From Podarcis pityusensis (lineage: Eukaryota), in the NCBI GenBank assembly GCA_964106645.2, contig OZ067038.1: 64,000 nt of DNA; one strand, 5' to 3'. Shown piece by piece: positions 25,023-39,180 of the stretch. The notes beneath the pieces were generated by a model. It did no database searches and was not told the origin of the DNA. It saw nothing but the letters and a program-made list of their open reading frames with translations. Each line of letters opens with the position of its first letter. The stretch's first letter is position 1. The position numbers and the translations under genes are program-made.

Positions 25023-27279
25023 CTATAAGATGTTTAGAGAGCTGCCATGTTCACTAGGCAAAGGCAACCCTTGATCAGGATTCCAATTTGCCATGACAAC
25101 AACAGACATAACAGCATGAGAGCCGGGTTCAGAAATCTTACCACAGGTCATTACAGTAGAATCAAAGACAGAAGAAATGTGAATCAGTTGCAGTTCTCCT
25201 TTCGCTATTTGCATAAAGCGTACTATGAACTGGCTCTTAGTTTTTGATCTTTCTCCAAGATGTGGTGTATCTCACATCTCACTCCACAGGGGTGTATTCA
25301 GGAGAAATGCTGAGCAGGCAAAAGGCGTGGGTAAAAGTCACCTTGCAGTGTGGAAAATAAATGTGACAATTGGGCCTTGGTCCAGACTTTCTTCTTAAAT
25401 CCTTGGCAGCATTTTAACGTATGGATGGGGTGGCAATGGAAAAAGTCTGTGTGTTTGCCTCCAGGTGCACAGAAATAAATTTACTGGCGTGTTTTCAAAT
25501 ATCTGCTTTGTGTGCGCATGCACTGCTCAACAACCAACGTGCGTCTTTGGCCTCCAAGTCTGTTGCAAAAGATGGGGAGGCAACCGGCTGGAGGGCTGGC
25601 CTTGTGGGAGGCAAAGGAGGTTTCTACATCTGAATTGGCCTTAGGACATCCTTAATTCTAATGCTACGGGCAGGGCCTACCGACAGGCTGTTGTTTTTAA
25701 TCTTTGTAGTACACCTAGATTGTTGAAAGCCAATTAAATGAAGGCTTCAGTCAGTGATGAAACAGATGCAAATAACAGCCCACGTCGAGCCTGGCATATT
25801 ACTGCAGAAATAAGTAAATTAGAGGAATGAACTGCCCTGATTTGGCTAACCCTTTTCTCTATCCCTCATTCACCTCACGTGTGCACTTCGCTGAATTATA
25901 TGGGGGAATTCTTTTCTCCCATCCTAGAGATTCATCCCTAAGCCTCTCAGTGCATAAGCGGTTCAGTCAGAGTCAAACAATTCTGGTGAATAGCAGCAGA
26001 ATGCATGATCTGCAAAGTCTTTCAGTTCAAAAATGGGTTAACAGGGGATCTGACAGAAAAGGACCTCAGGGTGCAACTAGGGAGGTAATTAACTGGAAGG
26101 CCTCTAATACAGACAAGTCTTATATGATGATGTATTGTTTTATAGGTCAACATTGCCATTTAATATCTGATGTGAGATTTAATTGGCAAACCACCATAAG
26201 GCCCAGAATGAGGAGTAATATGCTAAAGCAATTTTGCGCTAGTGTAGCCAGCAGTCTGAAAGTCTGCAGCCTTCTATATTCACAGCAATTTGTTCCAGGT
26301 CCAGCCTCTGAAGGCACATGCAAAAAAATAACAAAGGGGGTTATATACTTTTGCCATCAGATTCATACACAGATGGGAGAGGTCGAGGTTCACTCTGTGC
26401 TGGCTTTGATCCTCTGTGTGCAACATTGTGTGGGCAGGACTCACAAGGCAAGTGATATATAGAAAGGATCTTAGACTCATGTGGCATGCGCTTGCGAGTG
26501 ACCTGATCGCAGACAAGCCATCATACATGTGGTTACCAAATACCCTGGCCCTGCCACAATTCATGCATTATGCATAAAAGCCACCTGGCCACTTCTCCGT
26601 GCTGACAGAGAGAAGAACATTTTGCTATTAGCTCCATGTTTTCTTGCTTAAAAAAAAAAAAAAAAGGAAAGAAGAGGAATGGGGAAAAGACTCTCTTTAA
26701 GTCAGTTTGCTTTCTTCGGCTGCTCTCACGGCTCACACCATTCTTCCTCGAAATGTACAGTGACAGCTTAATAATATCATGTACCTGAGACTCTCCAGGT
26801 GGAACTCTCTGAGCGACAGGGGAATGGTGCCAAACACAGCATCCCTGTGTGGAGCGCTTCCTCTTTCCACTGCAAAATGTGCAGGCACTTCCAGACTGTT
26901 GCCATTCCAGGTGGGATTCTACCACTTACTAGCAAATTCAGGTTCCACAGTTAAAGGTCATTGGGTACTCTTATGCAACAAAGCACACACACGCACACAC
27001 ACCACCGCCCCTTTTTGCAATAAGGAAGGTGATAGCAAAATCCAGTTGGAAAGTATGAGATAACAATTTCTTGATGCAAATGTCATATGTAACATTCCTG
27101 CAAATCGGAACGAATGCTCAATAAACAGCTGACATTTTATAGGCTCCCCACAAGCTTTGTGGAACTAAATCAGCATGAATACTCAACACAGAGGTCACCT
27201 GGAAGATGTGCCTTCATCACGGTACACGTTTTAATGTGAAACGACCTCACTCACATTTTTTGAAACAGCGCACAGATGG

Positions 27280-27600
27280 AAACTTGGGGATCCCTTGAAA
27301 TTCACATTGCTTAGAATTTTGCAACGTAGTTCTCCAACCAAGTCATGCGCACAAAAATGCATATATCTGGGGGAAGTGAGCATAACAATACATATATTTG
27401 GAGAAAGAACATAGGAAATTACATCACGTCAGAGGAAATTGCTCACAGACAAGTGCATATTAGGGGAAATGCACAATAAAATACTGATGGATTTTCACAA
27501 TTATTCTTTTTTTTTTTAAGGCAATATGTGAGGAACTGAATTTAAGACAAAGAAAAATGAGAAATGGAGAGAAACTGAAAATGACAGATGCATTCAGCCC
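27280..27600. repeat. Ancient unclassified AT-rich interspersed repeat
   Basis: Similar sequence at ~34700-34910, 36570-36760, 38560-38800 and 61185-61575, in both orientations. Confidence 0.5.
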
Positions 27601-28519
27601 TAAACTGGGCAGGGGCTGACATTTTGGGTGGTGTCCCCAAGTTGGACATCACTTATAGATTTATGGGTACCTCATCCTGCATAGGTTCTTGCATCCTCTG
27701 TGGGTGCCCCACATTGACAGGAGTTCATGTATAGGTTTACCACCCACCTAGATCCTCTGTCAGTGTGATTAGGGAGGTGCATTACAAAACTGTTTTTCTG
27801 TTCATGTGTTTTTCTGCTTAGCTTTGTGGTTTTAATAGACAGTATCCAAAGAAGTAGTTCTGGTAGCGGAAGGACTTTGGGCTGCAGAAAGCAACTTTTT
27901 CTCCTTCTCCTCACCCTGTGCACCCCCTAAATATGTTATGGGAGAGGTTCCCCTGACCCCTCAGTGCAGATTTGGCTGTAGGAGTACGCAGGAAGAGCAA
28001 TTCCATTGCGCAAGTGGGAATCCTTGAGCTAACAGAAGTACCATGTTGGCTGTTGCCCAGTGGTTTTATTGCATCATATATTTTTTTGAATTGTGGTATT
28101 TCATGTAGTTTTCCCTGGAATCATTCAGTTGAAGGATGGCAGTTATGTAAATAAATTGGTTGTATACCACATTGGGGCCTTGGGTGAAAGGTACATACAT
28201 TCTATGGGAAGGGAAGAAACAAACAAACAAACAAACAAATAAATCTACACCTTGAAGAATTATACAGCTCTTCCACTGATTTTTCTAAAAGCTGAATTTG
28301 AGCTTTGGAATGAAGAGGGGGGAAATAAACAGGGAAAACGTTAGAGGGTGGTGGTGTTTCGTTCATGATATCATGCAGATACCGTGTAAAATGCATGGCT
28401 ATTCCACAGCAGATGCCCAGTATTTCAGGGAAGGGCAACCTTTTTATTCCCTTGTGGTCACTCTTCCAAGAGCTGCATTTCAGGGGTGAGGAGGGCCAGA
28501 AACAAAAGTGGGTAGGGCA

Positions 28520-29325
28520 TGCCCAACAATAAATGTTGGAAATGTAATGAGACTGAAGGTACATTTTTTCACCTTTGGTGGACGTGCCCAAGGATTAAGA
28601 CATTCTGGGAGATGATCTATAACGAAATGAAAAAGGTATTTAAATATACCTTTCTGAAGAAACCAGAGGCCTTTCTCCTGGGCATGGTTGGCCAATTGGT
28701 GTCAAAGAAGGATAGAATTTTTTTTAATGTATGCAACAACAGCAGCAAGGATACTCATTGTGAAGTATTGGAAGACACAAGATTTACCCACCCGGGAAGA
28801 ATGGCAGATGAAGTTGATGGACTATATGGAATTGGCGGAAATGACTGGCAGAATCCGAGACCAGGGAGAAGAGTCGGTGGAAGAAGATTGGAAAAAGTTT
28901 AAAGACTATTTACAGAAATACTGTAAAATTAATGAATGTTAGGAAAATGTTGGAATGAAGTTATATGGCTTTAGTAGAAATGTTATAAGGAATTAAGTAT
29001 AAATAGATTAATAGAGTATTAAAGGGAAAAATAAGGTTAGAATGTGTTAAGATAATTAAAGGATAGAAAGCAGAGGAAGATGGAAAGGAATTGCTGAAAC
29101 AATTAACAGAAGTGGAATACAAAAAAGGGAGGTGTGAGGAGGTCATTGAAATAAGTGAATGAAAGATAAGATATTGAAACTGTTTGATGTGTTTTAAACT
29201 GTTTTTGTTTTGTTTTGTTAGTTTAATGTGTTAGTGTTATGTATTGTTTTTGTATTGTATTGTATTGTTTATTTTTTTTTTGTAGTGTTTAAATTGTTGG
29301 AAAAGTAATAAATATTATTTAAAAA
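28520..29325 (+). mobile_element. 5'-truncated L1 LINE (ORF2 C-terminus, 3'UTR, poly-A)
   Basis: CWKC…HLWWTC cysteine-rich motif and KPEAFLLG…YATTAARILIVKYWK, with one frameshift at a T run near 28720. AATAAA at 29307-29312 and an A tail. 16-bp TSD aaaagtgggtagggca at 28504-28519 and 29326-29341. Confidence 0.93.
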
Positions 29326-30313
29326 AAAAGTGGGTAGGGCAATCTGTATTCTTTATCTTTATATATTAGGTTGCACACCACCATCCAAGCAAACAAGGAG
29401 CATTATCATGGTTCAGGATCATAAACCAACTTAACAAAAGCACTCAATGAAGGCATAGAGCAGGGTTGTTAAGAGGTGTGACCTGGGACAGGGACATGGC
29501 TTAGGAACAGTCCCAAGGGCCAGACAGGGGGCCACATTTTGTTCCCCACCCCACCTATATTGCAAGAGACAGAGAGACCTTTTTTTCAGGGGTTTACTGA
29601 TCTGTGACTCCCAAAACATTTCCTTTCCATCCTCCTGTTCCCCAATCAGCATGAGGATGAACCAATTCAAAATGTGACTTTTGCATTATAACTATTCCAA
29701 TATAATTCTTAAAAGAATGGAAAGAGAATCTGAGGGCAAAGGATAGGAAATGGGGGGGGGGGAGATAAGAGACTTTCGTTCATTACACTGTCTTGAGCAG
29801 CATATGTTACATGTCTCAGTCAAGATGACTGAGACATGAATTATGGAAGCCATTTGAGATGTGTGTTAATTCTACCTGAACGGAACTGCAGGTTTAAAAA
29901 TGACTTCTTCACCCTACCAAACACTGCATTCTGAGAAAAGGATAAGCAGCAAACTCAAGAGATATCAGATTTAGATGTCATATTACTGGTGAAATAGTAG
30001 TCTGTTTGGAGCAAATGTGTACATTGTACATCAATCTGCTTTTGAAGTTATGCTAATTATTGCCAGTCTCTTCTGTGTATTAAGAACTGACAATTATTGC
30101 AAGTGAATCAATCTGTCCTGGGGAGATGTGAAGACAGTCTCCTTAAGTGGTGGACATCCCTTTGTCAAGAATGAGAAAGACAAATGGGCTTACTCACAAG
30201 TCCTCTGCTTGTGTTTCCTCAAGATTTTAATGATGATTTCACACAAGCTCTACCCACTCATTACTCACAGGAAGGACAGTTGCGTGGTGACTAGGGAGGG
30301 GGCCCACCCCCTT

Positions 30314-30679
30314 AAAAGGTAAAGGTAAAGGTATCCCTGCCCGTACGGGCCAGTCTTGACAGACTCTAGGGTTGTGCACCCATCTCACTCAAGAGGCTGG
30401 GGGCCAGCGCTGTCCGGAGACACTTCCGGGTCACGTGGCCAGCGTGACAAGCTGCATCTGGTGAGTCAGCGCAGCACACGGAAACGCCGTTTACCTTCCC
30501 GCTGGTAAGCGGTCCCTATTTATCTACTTGCACCCGGGGGTGCTTTCGAACTGCTAGCTTGGCAGGCACTGGGACCGAGCAACGGGAGTGCACCCCGCCG
30601 CAGGGATTCGAACTGCCGACCTTTCGATCGGCAAGCCCTAGGCGCTGAGGCTTTTACCCACAGCGCCACCCGCGTCCCT
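30314..30679 (-). mobile_element. Sauria SINE (second subfamily)
   Basis: Same head and (ACCTTT)n tail as 5910-6263, with a different 3' body. Confidence 0.93.
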
Positions 30680-32693
30680 AGCCCCACGCAAATTGACATT
30701 GCATGCAGTTGTCTACAAGGAAACCGCAATGCCAAAATTGATAGACGTTGCCATCGAAATCATCTGCAGAGACTGTTCTGCCTGAATGCCATAGGCTATG
30801 TTATCAAGATATTCAACTGAGAAAATGTCCTGATCACAGAGTACCCCTACATGAGCATGTGTGGTCCCAGGAAGTGGATGCAAAGCTGGAAAGAGGCCAC
30901 AATCCCTAGACACCACACAATTGCCCCCCCCACATGTGAGTGACATAAATTGGGATTCTGTCATATAGCTCCTTCTCTTACCCCCATGAGAAAATAGAGA
31001 GTACACACCCCTAACACAAGGGGTGCTGAGCGTTGCTCGTTGGTCCAGCCATCCTCTTAATAATGGGTTACTTGACGGTTGTGTGAAGGGGTCCTATGAA
31101 CGTACTGATGTATGCATGTAGAGTATGTGTGTGGGGACCATGACTGGTCCAGAATCCCTTCTCCCCCATAAAGAGTCCTGGCAGAACACGCAGATGGTAG
31201 GGAACGTGGTTTCTGAGTGTATCAGCAGCAGGTCAGGCTGCTCCATGTGGATCAACAAGATGTCTTCTGCATTCCTTCAATGTGTGGCTGGGTTGTCCCA
31301 ACGCCTCCCTTGGCGTGTTGATAAATCAGAGGGTGCAATGGGCAGTGGTTGACTCTCATATCCCAAAGACTCATTGTTGGAAAACATTGCCCCATTCTTA
31401 ATTCAATATGGAACTGAAGACATAAGGAAACTGACATGTCCAGTCTTCGACTGCCATGGGGTCTGAACCCATCTCTGCTCTGTCTCGAAGAATGAACCCT
31501 CCAAATGCTCTCACCTGCTGTTGCTCATATTCAGGACATGAGAGACCTGTCCCCTCTGCTTAAGTGTGAAGGATGCCTGACTTTGGAGAACAAGGCTTCA
31601 GCTTCAGCTACCGTCAGTAGCAGCTACTGTTCCCGGGTCATATTTTATACAGCAGTAGCTTGAGTGCATCCACTCCATAAAGAACATTCTGTTTGCTTTG
31701 GAAACCTGAGCATACAATTCCCTCAGGCATCTGTGTGCAAGCCGTCCCGTGTGAGTCAGTAGCAGGGGACAAAGCAAAAAGGCCTCCATCTGACAGGGCT
31801 TTCAAAAAGAGAGCAAATGTGAGATACAGAATCAGAGCTGCAGATAGCCAGGCTATGCCTCCCATTCTGGAATTTACAAAAATAATTTTTCTACATTTCC
31901 TGTTTTACCTGAATTTGTTCCATTTTTTCTCTCTCTTTCTTTCTTGCAAAGTCTTTATTGCACTGGGGATAGTGGAAGATGAGAACATCTGTCTCCTATC
32001 TAGTAAAAGGCTTTGGGAACATATGTGTTTGTACTAAGTGGATTGCAAAACACATACACATGCACACACAAACCCTCTCATGATCTCGAGTTTGTTCGTG
32101 GCTGTGTGTGTGTATGTGAGAGAGACAGAGAGAGACAGAGACAGAGAGAGAACACAGAAAATGTAAACTTGATTATTATTTTTTCTAAATACATCTGATC
32201 TAGCACAAGTGTTATAATTGGATGCTCACCGATTTCTCTAGAGGGTTAAGTCCCCCCCCCCAATCCTTTTTTAAAAAACTGACCATACTCAGTTGAGTGA
32301 ATGAAAACATCTCGGGGGTGGGGGGGAGTTACATCTGGGAATGCCCAGAGGGACATTTCCAGTCCAAATCTTAAAGCTGCCTCTTCTGGAATGTACAAGC
32401 TGTTGGGAGAGGCAGAGTGAGTGAACCAGAAACTGATTCACGAGTGGATTGTCTATAAAAGAGTTGGTGTTCTGTTAGGCGCTCTAAGTTCAAATCTCAC
32501 TGTGGCTATTAGGTCACTGGGTCACCTCCTGGTCTCAGTCCCCATCCATAACATGGGATTATAAATACTGATGACAAGTCCATGTGCCCCAACAGTAGAG
32601 ACCCAGGCCACTAGGCATTTGTTTCAGTTGGATCTTTTTTATTTTTTATTTTATTTATTAGATTTATATATCACCCTTCATCGAAAGATCTCA

Positions 32694-32911
32694 TTTTTTT
32701 GTTTTTTGTTTTTGAAAAGTTTTTATTGTTAAAATAATTCAGCATTAATACAGACATATTGCGAATATACAAACATACATTTCATACAATCCTTAAAAAT
32801 GTTCAAACATACCTACACTCAATCCCACAGATAATTCCTTTTCCCATCACCATCCCCCACCCCTCACCCCACCTTTGTGTTAGACTTCCAATCTACTCAA
32901 TTGCAATTTCT
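32694..32911 (-). mobile_element. Short L1-type 3' end insertion inside an L2 tail
   Basis: T-rich tail and TTTATT on the plus strand. 17-bp TSD ttcatcgaaagatctca at 32677-32693 and 32912-32928. Confidence 0.8.
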
Positions 32912-33199
32912 TTCATCGAAAGATCTCAGGGTTAAAGTTAAAAATACAAGGACCCAAATTAAGACAGTGGAGCCCCAGTTCCTCACATGTCTCTTTCAGG
33001 TTCCTCTCCGTGGTTCTGTGTTTAACAAACAAACCCTCTTTCCCAGGAGGAGAATAGGGGTCTCCCAACCACGTGCAGCACCCTTGGCAAACTACAGTTC
33101 CCAGGACTTTTTGTGGGGGCTGGGGTGGGTGGCAGGAGCAATGACTGGCAAGGGTGCTTTAAAGACAAGATGTACATAGAAGTGGATCAATAGTTTAAG

Positions 33200-33436
33200 G
33201 AGAATTTGGATTTGATATCCTGCTTTATCGCTATCCTAAGGAGCCTCAAAGCGGCTAACAATCTCCTTTCCCTTCCTCCCCTATAACAAACACTCTGTGA
33301 GGTGAGTGGGGCTGAGAGACTTCAGAGAAGTGTGACTAGCCCAAGGTCACGCAGCAGCCACATGTGGAGGAGCGGGGAAACGAACCTGGTTCATCAGATT
33401 ACGAGTCCACCGCTCTGAACCACCACACCACACTGG
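33200..33436 (-). mobile_element. tRNA-headed CORE/MIR-like SINE
   Basis: Homologous to 38941-39178 and 51247-51487. CORE-like segment gtgaccttgggctagtcac on the minus strand. Confidence 0.85.
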
Positions 33437-33599
33437 GGTGAGGCAAGGCAGGAGCAAGCATTGGTCCCTGCCAAGCACCGAGGTCACAAGATTCTGTATG
33501 CTGATGCTGTCTTCACACCCAGTTGCGAAGTCACTGTAGTTCCAGGTCCCTGCTCTATAAATATCAGCTGATCATCTGTGTTAGCAAGCAGGCCTGTTG

Positions 33600-33810
33600 A
33601 ACCATTGTGGGCCGTGATGACTATGCCCTACACCCAAAGTCAGAGTGGTAATGCATCTGAACATCAGCTGGAAACCACTGGAGGAGATAGTAGTCCTATG
33701 CTTGGATCCTGCTTGAAGGTTGTGCATCAACATTTGGCTGCCCATTCTGAGAAGAGGATGCTGGACTAGATGGGCCATTGGCCTGATCCAGCAGGATCTT
33801 CTTACGTTCT
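33600..33810 (+). mobile_element. CR1-type LINE 3' fragment
   Basis: Reverse complement of the 7932-8140 motif. Ends cttcttacgttct. Confidence 0.6.
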
Positions 33811-34193
33811 TAGGAACCAAAGCTGCCATCTCTTCACACGAGACAACACAGTAGCATTCTCTTTACAATATACTTATCCATTCACATTTTCTCATTCTTT
33901 TTTTCTTCACCTCCACGCTGCCACATGTAGGTTTCGCAAAGCATACATAACAAACCGAATGGTTGTGTGTGTGTGGGGGGGGGGACACTTTATTCCCCCC
34001 GCCGTTTCAGTAAATTGAACAGATTATGTAGTGGATCTGGCAAGGTCACCCCCGCTGACGTAACAGCGCAGGAACACAAAGTGACATTCCATGATATCAC
34101 GCAAAATGATGAAAACCACATCTTGCGCTTAAGACTGGAGTGGTGTTTAAGAATTCAAACGGCTGGTTTTGGCAGACGTCTAATTGTAATACT

Positions 34194-34341
34194 NNNNNNN
34201 NNNNNNNNNNNNNNNNNNNNNNNNNNNNNNNNNNNNNNNNNNNNNNNNNNNNNNNNNNNNNNNNNNNNNNNNNNNNNNNNNNNNNNNNNNNNNNNNNNNN
34301 NNNNNNNNNNNNNNNNNNNNNNNNNNNNNNNNNNNNNNNNN
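34194..34341. other. Assembly gap (148 N)
   Basis: Run of N. Confidence 1.
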
Positions 34342-35779
34342 GTATAAGCTGATTCTTTTAATTTACCCTCTTTGTTTAAGGGGGAAATTAAATTAATCTT
34401 ATCACAAGTGTAATGAGTAATTGATTTTATTTTAGTATTATTATTATTATTATTATTATTTTGCACTTGAGTCCAAAGTGACAGAGTTAAGATTGCCTGG
34501 CTTTCAACCGCTTCATCTTTTCGAAGGCAAACACAAACAGTCAGAGGCCTCTCAATTTTCTGTTTTCCCCCCAAGACTATAATAATATTAACATTTAAAT
34601 CAGAGCATCTATTTGAAAATACAATAATCTAAAAGATTTAGCCATAGGGCAAAACTCAGAAACAATGTGAGGCTCCAGTAAGCATATGGAACTCTGGGCT
34701 AGGAACAGGAAGGAAGAGGGACTTTCCTTGTTTCGCACTTCCGGAATGAATATACAAACTGAAGTACAGCTATCCTTTGAAATCCAAATTTATCCAAATT
34801 TCAGGATGCAACTTTCCAACAACAGCAAAAAGAAAGCATACAAAAATGTGAATATTTGGGGGAAACTTTCAATAGAAATGCATATATTGCAGAAAATCGC
34901 CTTGTCCACTTGATATCATATATGGCCACCCAGCTACTTTGATCTGCCGAACTGGCTCTGCTAAAGAAATGCCACATTCTGCATTTCTAAGAAGTCAAAA
35001 TTTTAGTTCAGCCACATCCACACTGTGGAACTCCCTGCCTCTTGACAACAGGCAGGTGCCTTCCCTATACTCATCTAGGTGCCCAGTGAAAACATTTCTT
35101 CTTTAGGAAAGCCTATCCAGACATATAGAATGTTGACATGTATTTTAATCTGATATTGACCTCATTTTTATTTTTTATTTTGACTTATTTTGAATGTTTT
35201 AAACAGTTGTTTTTAGGATTATGATTATGATAGTCAGCATCATCATCACAATCCGATGTGGAAACGGAGCAAATTAAACATGTTTGGAAGAAGGACAACA
35301 TTTAGAGAAGCCGGAATTAATAGATCCACCCATTGCTATAGTGGTCAGAGCAATACTGACTTCTGCCGTGGAAGCCAATCTTTCCAGCCAATATGCCACA
35401 AGCCATTGGAGGAGGCAAAATCTCTTGTCTTGTTCCTTCTGGCTAGTTCTTCCCCTTCGTTCCCTTCCTGAATTTCTTTAATTGGCAGGATTTCTAAAAT
35501 TAATTCCAGAAATTACTGTGGGAGGGACCATTAAACAGGTATGGGGGAATCCGTGGCCTTCATGTTGTTGCTGGACCGAAACTCCCATCTTTCCTGACTA
35601 TTGGCCAGGCTAGCTGGGGCTGAGGGGAGTCCAACGTACTGGAGGGCCACAGCCCCCCACATCCATGCCTTAAAACAATACTTAGTCCAGGACTTCAGCA
35701 ATGACTCTGTTGGATAGAATGTGCTTTAATAAATATGGTTAATTCAGGCTTTTTAATACACTTATTTGCAAAGCAATTT

Positions 35780-36567
35780 GCGTGTTCAGACCCAGAAACC
35801 TCCCCCCTAAATAAATTCACACATGACTCAAATTTTTGGTTTTGGTTTTTTGGCAGAATTTAGGCCACAACCTTATTGATTACAGAAAGTGATTGGTTGC
35901 ATAGGCTCTGGTTCGACTAGCTCCCTGCCATGCAGGTAGCGCTGACCCAGGGTTCCAGCATAGGTCAGCCATGAGTGAACACACGGATAAGCGGAAAGCC
36001 AGGAACAGGCTAACTCCGCCACCCAAATGTCCCCCTGGACTCAGGCATGAGCACAACCCCCTCTCAGGGGTTGACCAAACCATCAAGTCCCTGGATTCCT
36101 TTAACGGAATACCCTTCACATAGGGATGGCGAGAGGGTTCTCCCATCCCTATTACCAGAACCAGAGCCTATCCACAACCTTACAAGTTGTGACGATTTGC
36201 TACACGGCAGGCGAAACCCAAATGGCAACAGCCAATCAGCCAAGTGGGGAAGATTCCTGTCGTGCCCCTGTCCCAATGACAGACAACACACGATGGCATA
36301 GCAAGGTCAATCGCAAAGCCCTAAAAGTAGGGAGAAGTGGACGGGTGCTCCGAATGCACGCGCCAAAAGAGGAAGCTCTGGGTCACATGCATGGGCATAA
36401 ATAGGTCCCTCAAACCGTTTGGATTGCGTCCCATTGTCCAGATTGCACTCAGCTATGAGGGAGCTACGAATAGGGTGTTGTGGCTGACCAATCATACCCA
36501 CCCACAACACAAGCTGTCGGTTGTCCAGGTCTCACCGCAATACATACCCTCTTTAAGGGAGGAACTT
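35780..36567 (-). mobile_element. ~790-bp LTR-like interspersed element, copy 2
   Basis: Reverse complement of 1754-2530, moderately diverged. ATTT on both sides (35776-35779, 36568-36571). Interrupts an older repeat. Confidence 0.75.
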
Positions 36568-38067
36568 ATTTCTTTCAGCAAAATGCATGCTCCTTTCACC
36601 AATATATGCATTTCTATGCATTTTCCCCCCAAATAGCTGGCTAGAGAATTGTGTTTGCAAAAGTCAGAGATGTGTGGATTCTGAAACATGTTTACAAAAG
36701 TGCAAATTAGGCAGGCTCCCCTTTAAATCTGAACTGAATTGAATTGCTCCCTCTTTTCTAACACCTATGGCAAGTCTAGTCTAAAGTAAGAGATATTGGT
36801 GCTGGAAGTTGCAGCATGATTCATATGCGTGGCTGGTCCCTTTTTATTTAGCCCCTTGTAATGTGGGGTCAAAACACAAACCATCATTTCTTACATTAAC
36901 AAGGGCAAGTTCACATTCTATTTGGGGCATTGCTGGATATTCTCCTCGCACCTGAATCAGCCAAGCTTGCAGTGCACACATCCTCCCTGAATTGGCCCTA
37001 TGTTTCGTTTACCCTGTGAGCATCTTTTTTTGGAGAACATTGTGTTTTTGTAAATTATTTCTTCTACATTAAAGCTAAGCTAGTTCTCATTTAAATTAGC
37101 AGTGTCCATTCCTGCTCCCCTTCCTCTCTCTCTCTCTCTCTCTGTTTTTTTTTTTTTTTTTTTAAAGACAAGCAATTTAGTAATTAGAAGTCCTTTCATT
37201 AAGTTAGATGTGTTCTCAGCATGGGTTATCCTGGGTGTTGTTGTTTTTCCCCCTCAGGAGGGCTATTTGTTCCCTAGTAGCTTGGCTCTCTCCCACCTCC
37301 TGGCCCATAAAGCTAATGTTTCCCATTTACAGCCTTGATTGTGATTTTTACTGTCTGTGTCACCACTGCAACCATCAGGACCCTCCTTTCAATTCGAGGT
37401 TGATTGGTTGAATCTGTCTCCAAGTAACTCTGCCTCTGTTTATTTTGTACAAACATCATTACAACATTGCAGGGCATACACACGCAAACACATACATATT
37501 TCAAATGTAGGCTAACGTGGTGACTTAGAAGACCAAAGGGGGTTAATTTATGGAGTCTGCTATTTGCCAGAGACTGGTATTACTCCTGGAGACGGCAGAC
37601 AACTCAGGATTATCAATCCTGAATTTGCAACAAGGGTGCGCGAGGGTCACCAGGCATTGGTTGTTATGTGTGGTTTTCCCCAAATATTTTCCCACCAAAA
37701 GGAAGGATGATGCAAATATAGCCAAAATTGTATTGTGCGGAGGATAAACTTCACTCATTATAATGCTACGCAAGAAAACACACTTTCCCTATTGACTTCT
37801 TCAATTGCTCTTGCAATCATTAAAAAAAGAAAGACAACAACACCTCTTTGCTGTTTTTCAAGGACTCAGATGTAGAACAGGAAAATAGGAAGTTGCTCTG
37901 TACTGAGTCAGACTCCCAGTCCACCTTGTTCAGTATTGTTTGGGCCAGGGATGGAGAACCTGTGCTTCTCCCCATGTCCCAGCTGCCATCTATTGGCAAT
38001 GGCTGGGGTGGATGGGAATTGGAGTCCAAATACACCTGGAAGACTACAGGTTCCCCATCCCTGGCCA

Positions 38068-38197
38068 ACACTGACTGGCAGCAGATGTCCAGAGTTCTAG
38101 ACAGAGGCTTTTCCCATCTCTCCCTGATGACATTGGGGGATTGAAACTTGGACCCTCTACGTGAAAAAGCATGTGCTCTGCCACTGAACCACAGCCC
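38068..38197 (-). mobile_element. Old tRNA-derived SINE
   Basis: The minus strand starts gggctgtggttcagtggcagagcacatgc. Same family as 51672-51846. Confidence 0.6.
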
Positions 38198-38885
38198 TTG
38201 CCCAAATCTCTGCATCTGGGCCTCTTGAGTCTGTGTGGGTTTAGTCCTTCCAGTCCTCTTTATGCATGTAAAGGAGAATGGATATGCAGCATCAGTCCTT
38301 GTGATTGGCAGGCACTGTGGAAACTCTGGGCTGGCTAATCCCTGGCATAATTCTGTGATGCCAGGAAAGGCCAAGGTTCCAAAGAACAATCAGAAACTTA
38401 AAAGGCAGTTTTCATATGTACTACCTAATAATGAATAGGGATACTTGAGGAATTAGTTCTTTGCAAACTAAACTTATCCACTAACCTTATCCTTAACTTT
38501 ATCTCTTGGATTAATGTTTGAATCAGAAGGGAGTCATCCTGCAGATTTGGGAGTTCTCTGAACTTTGTATTTCTTTGTGCATATTTTTTTTGTTTTTTTC
38601 CTTGACAAAACTGGGAGAATTAAGGCTGGGAAAATATGCCAATTTCAGTTTCTCCTTTTCCAGTCTGAAATTCAGTTCTCCACATTTCCACGTCAGCTGA
38701 TGATGATTACAACTTTGTTTAAAGTCTTCCTGAAAATTCGCTTGCATTTTAGCACAAATTTGTCCTAATGTACACATGCTCGTATGCAGTTTTCCCTAAC
38801 AAACCCGCACCCACACCCACCATGGGGGGCATGAGGGATGCATGGGGGGAGGAGAGGAGGGAAGAACGTCATTGTGCTAATGGGA

Positions 38886-39180
38886 AGAAGAAGAAGAAGA
38901 AGAAGAAGAAGAAGAAGAAGAAGAAGAAGAAGAAGAAGAAGAGTTTGGATTTGATATCCCGCCTTTCACTCCCCTTAAGGAGTCTCAAAGCGGCTAACAT
39001 TCTCCTTTCCATTCCTCCCCCACAACAAACACTCTGTGAGGTGAGTGGGGCTGAGAGACTTCAGAGAAGTGTGACTGGCCCAAGGTCACCCAGCAGCTGC
39101 ATGTGGAGGAGTGGAGACACGAACCCGGTTCCCCAGATTACGAGACTACCGCTCTTAACCACTACATCACACTGGCTCAC
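38886..39180 (-). mobile_element. tRNA-headed CORE/MIR-like SINE with expanded (TTC)n tail
   Basis: Head gagccagtgtgatgtagtggttaagagcgg on the minus strand. (AAG)n at ~38885-38942. Possible 7-bp TSD aatggga. Confidence 0.9.

Noticed and set aside
25827-26462. Longest ORF in the window (211 aa), and the 196-aa ORF at 7353-7943
   Set aside because: Random-like composition, no recognisable domain and no exon structure. ORFs of this length can arise by chance in 64 kb.
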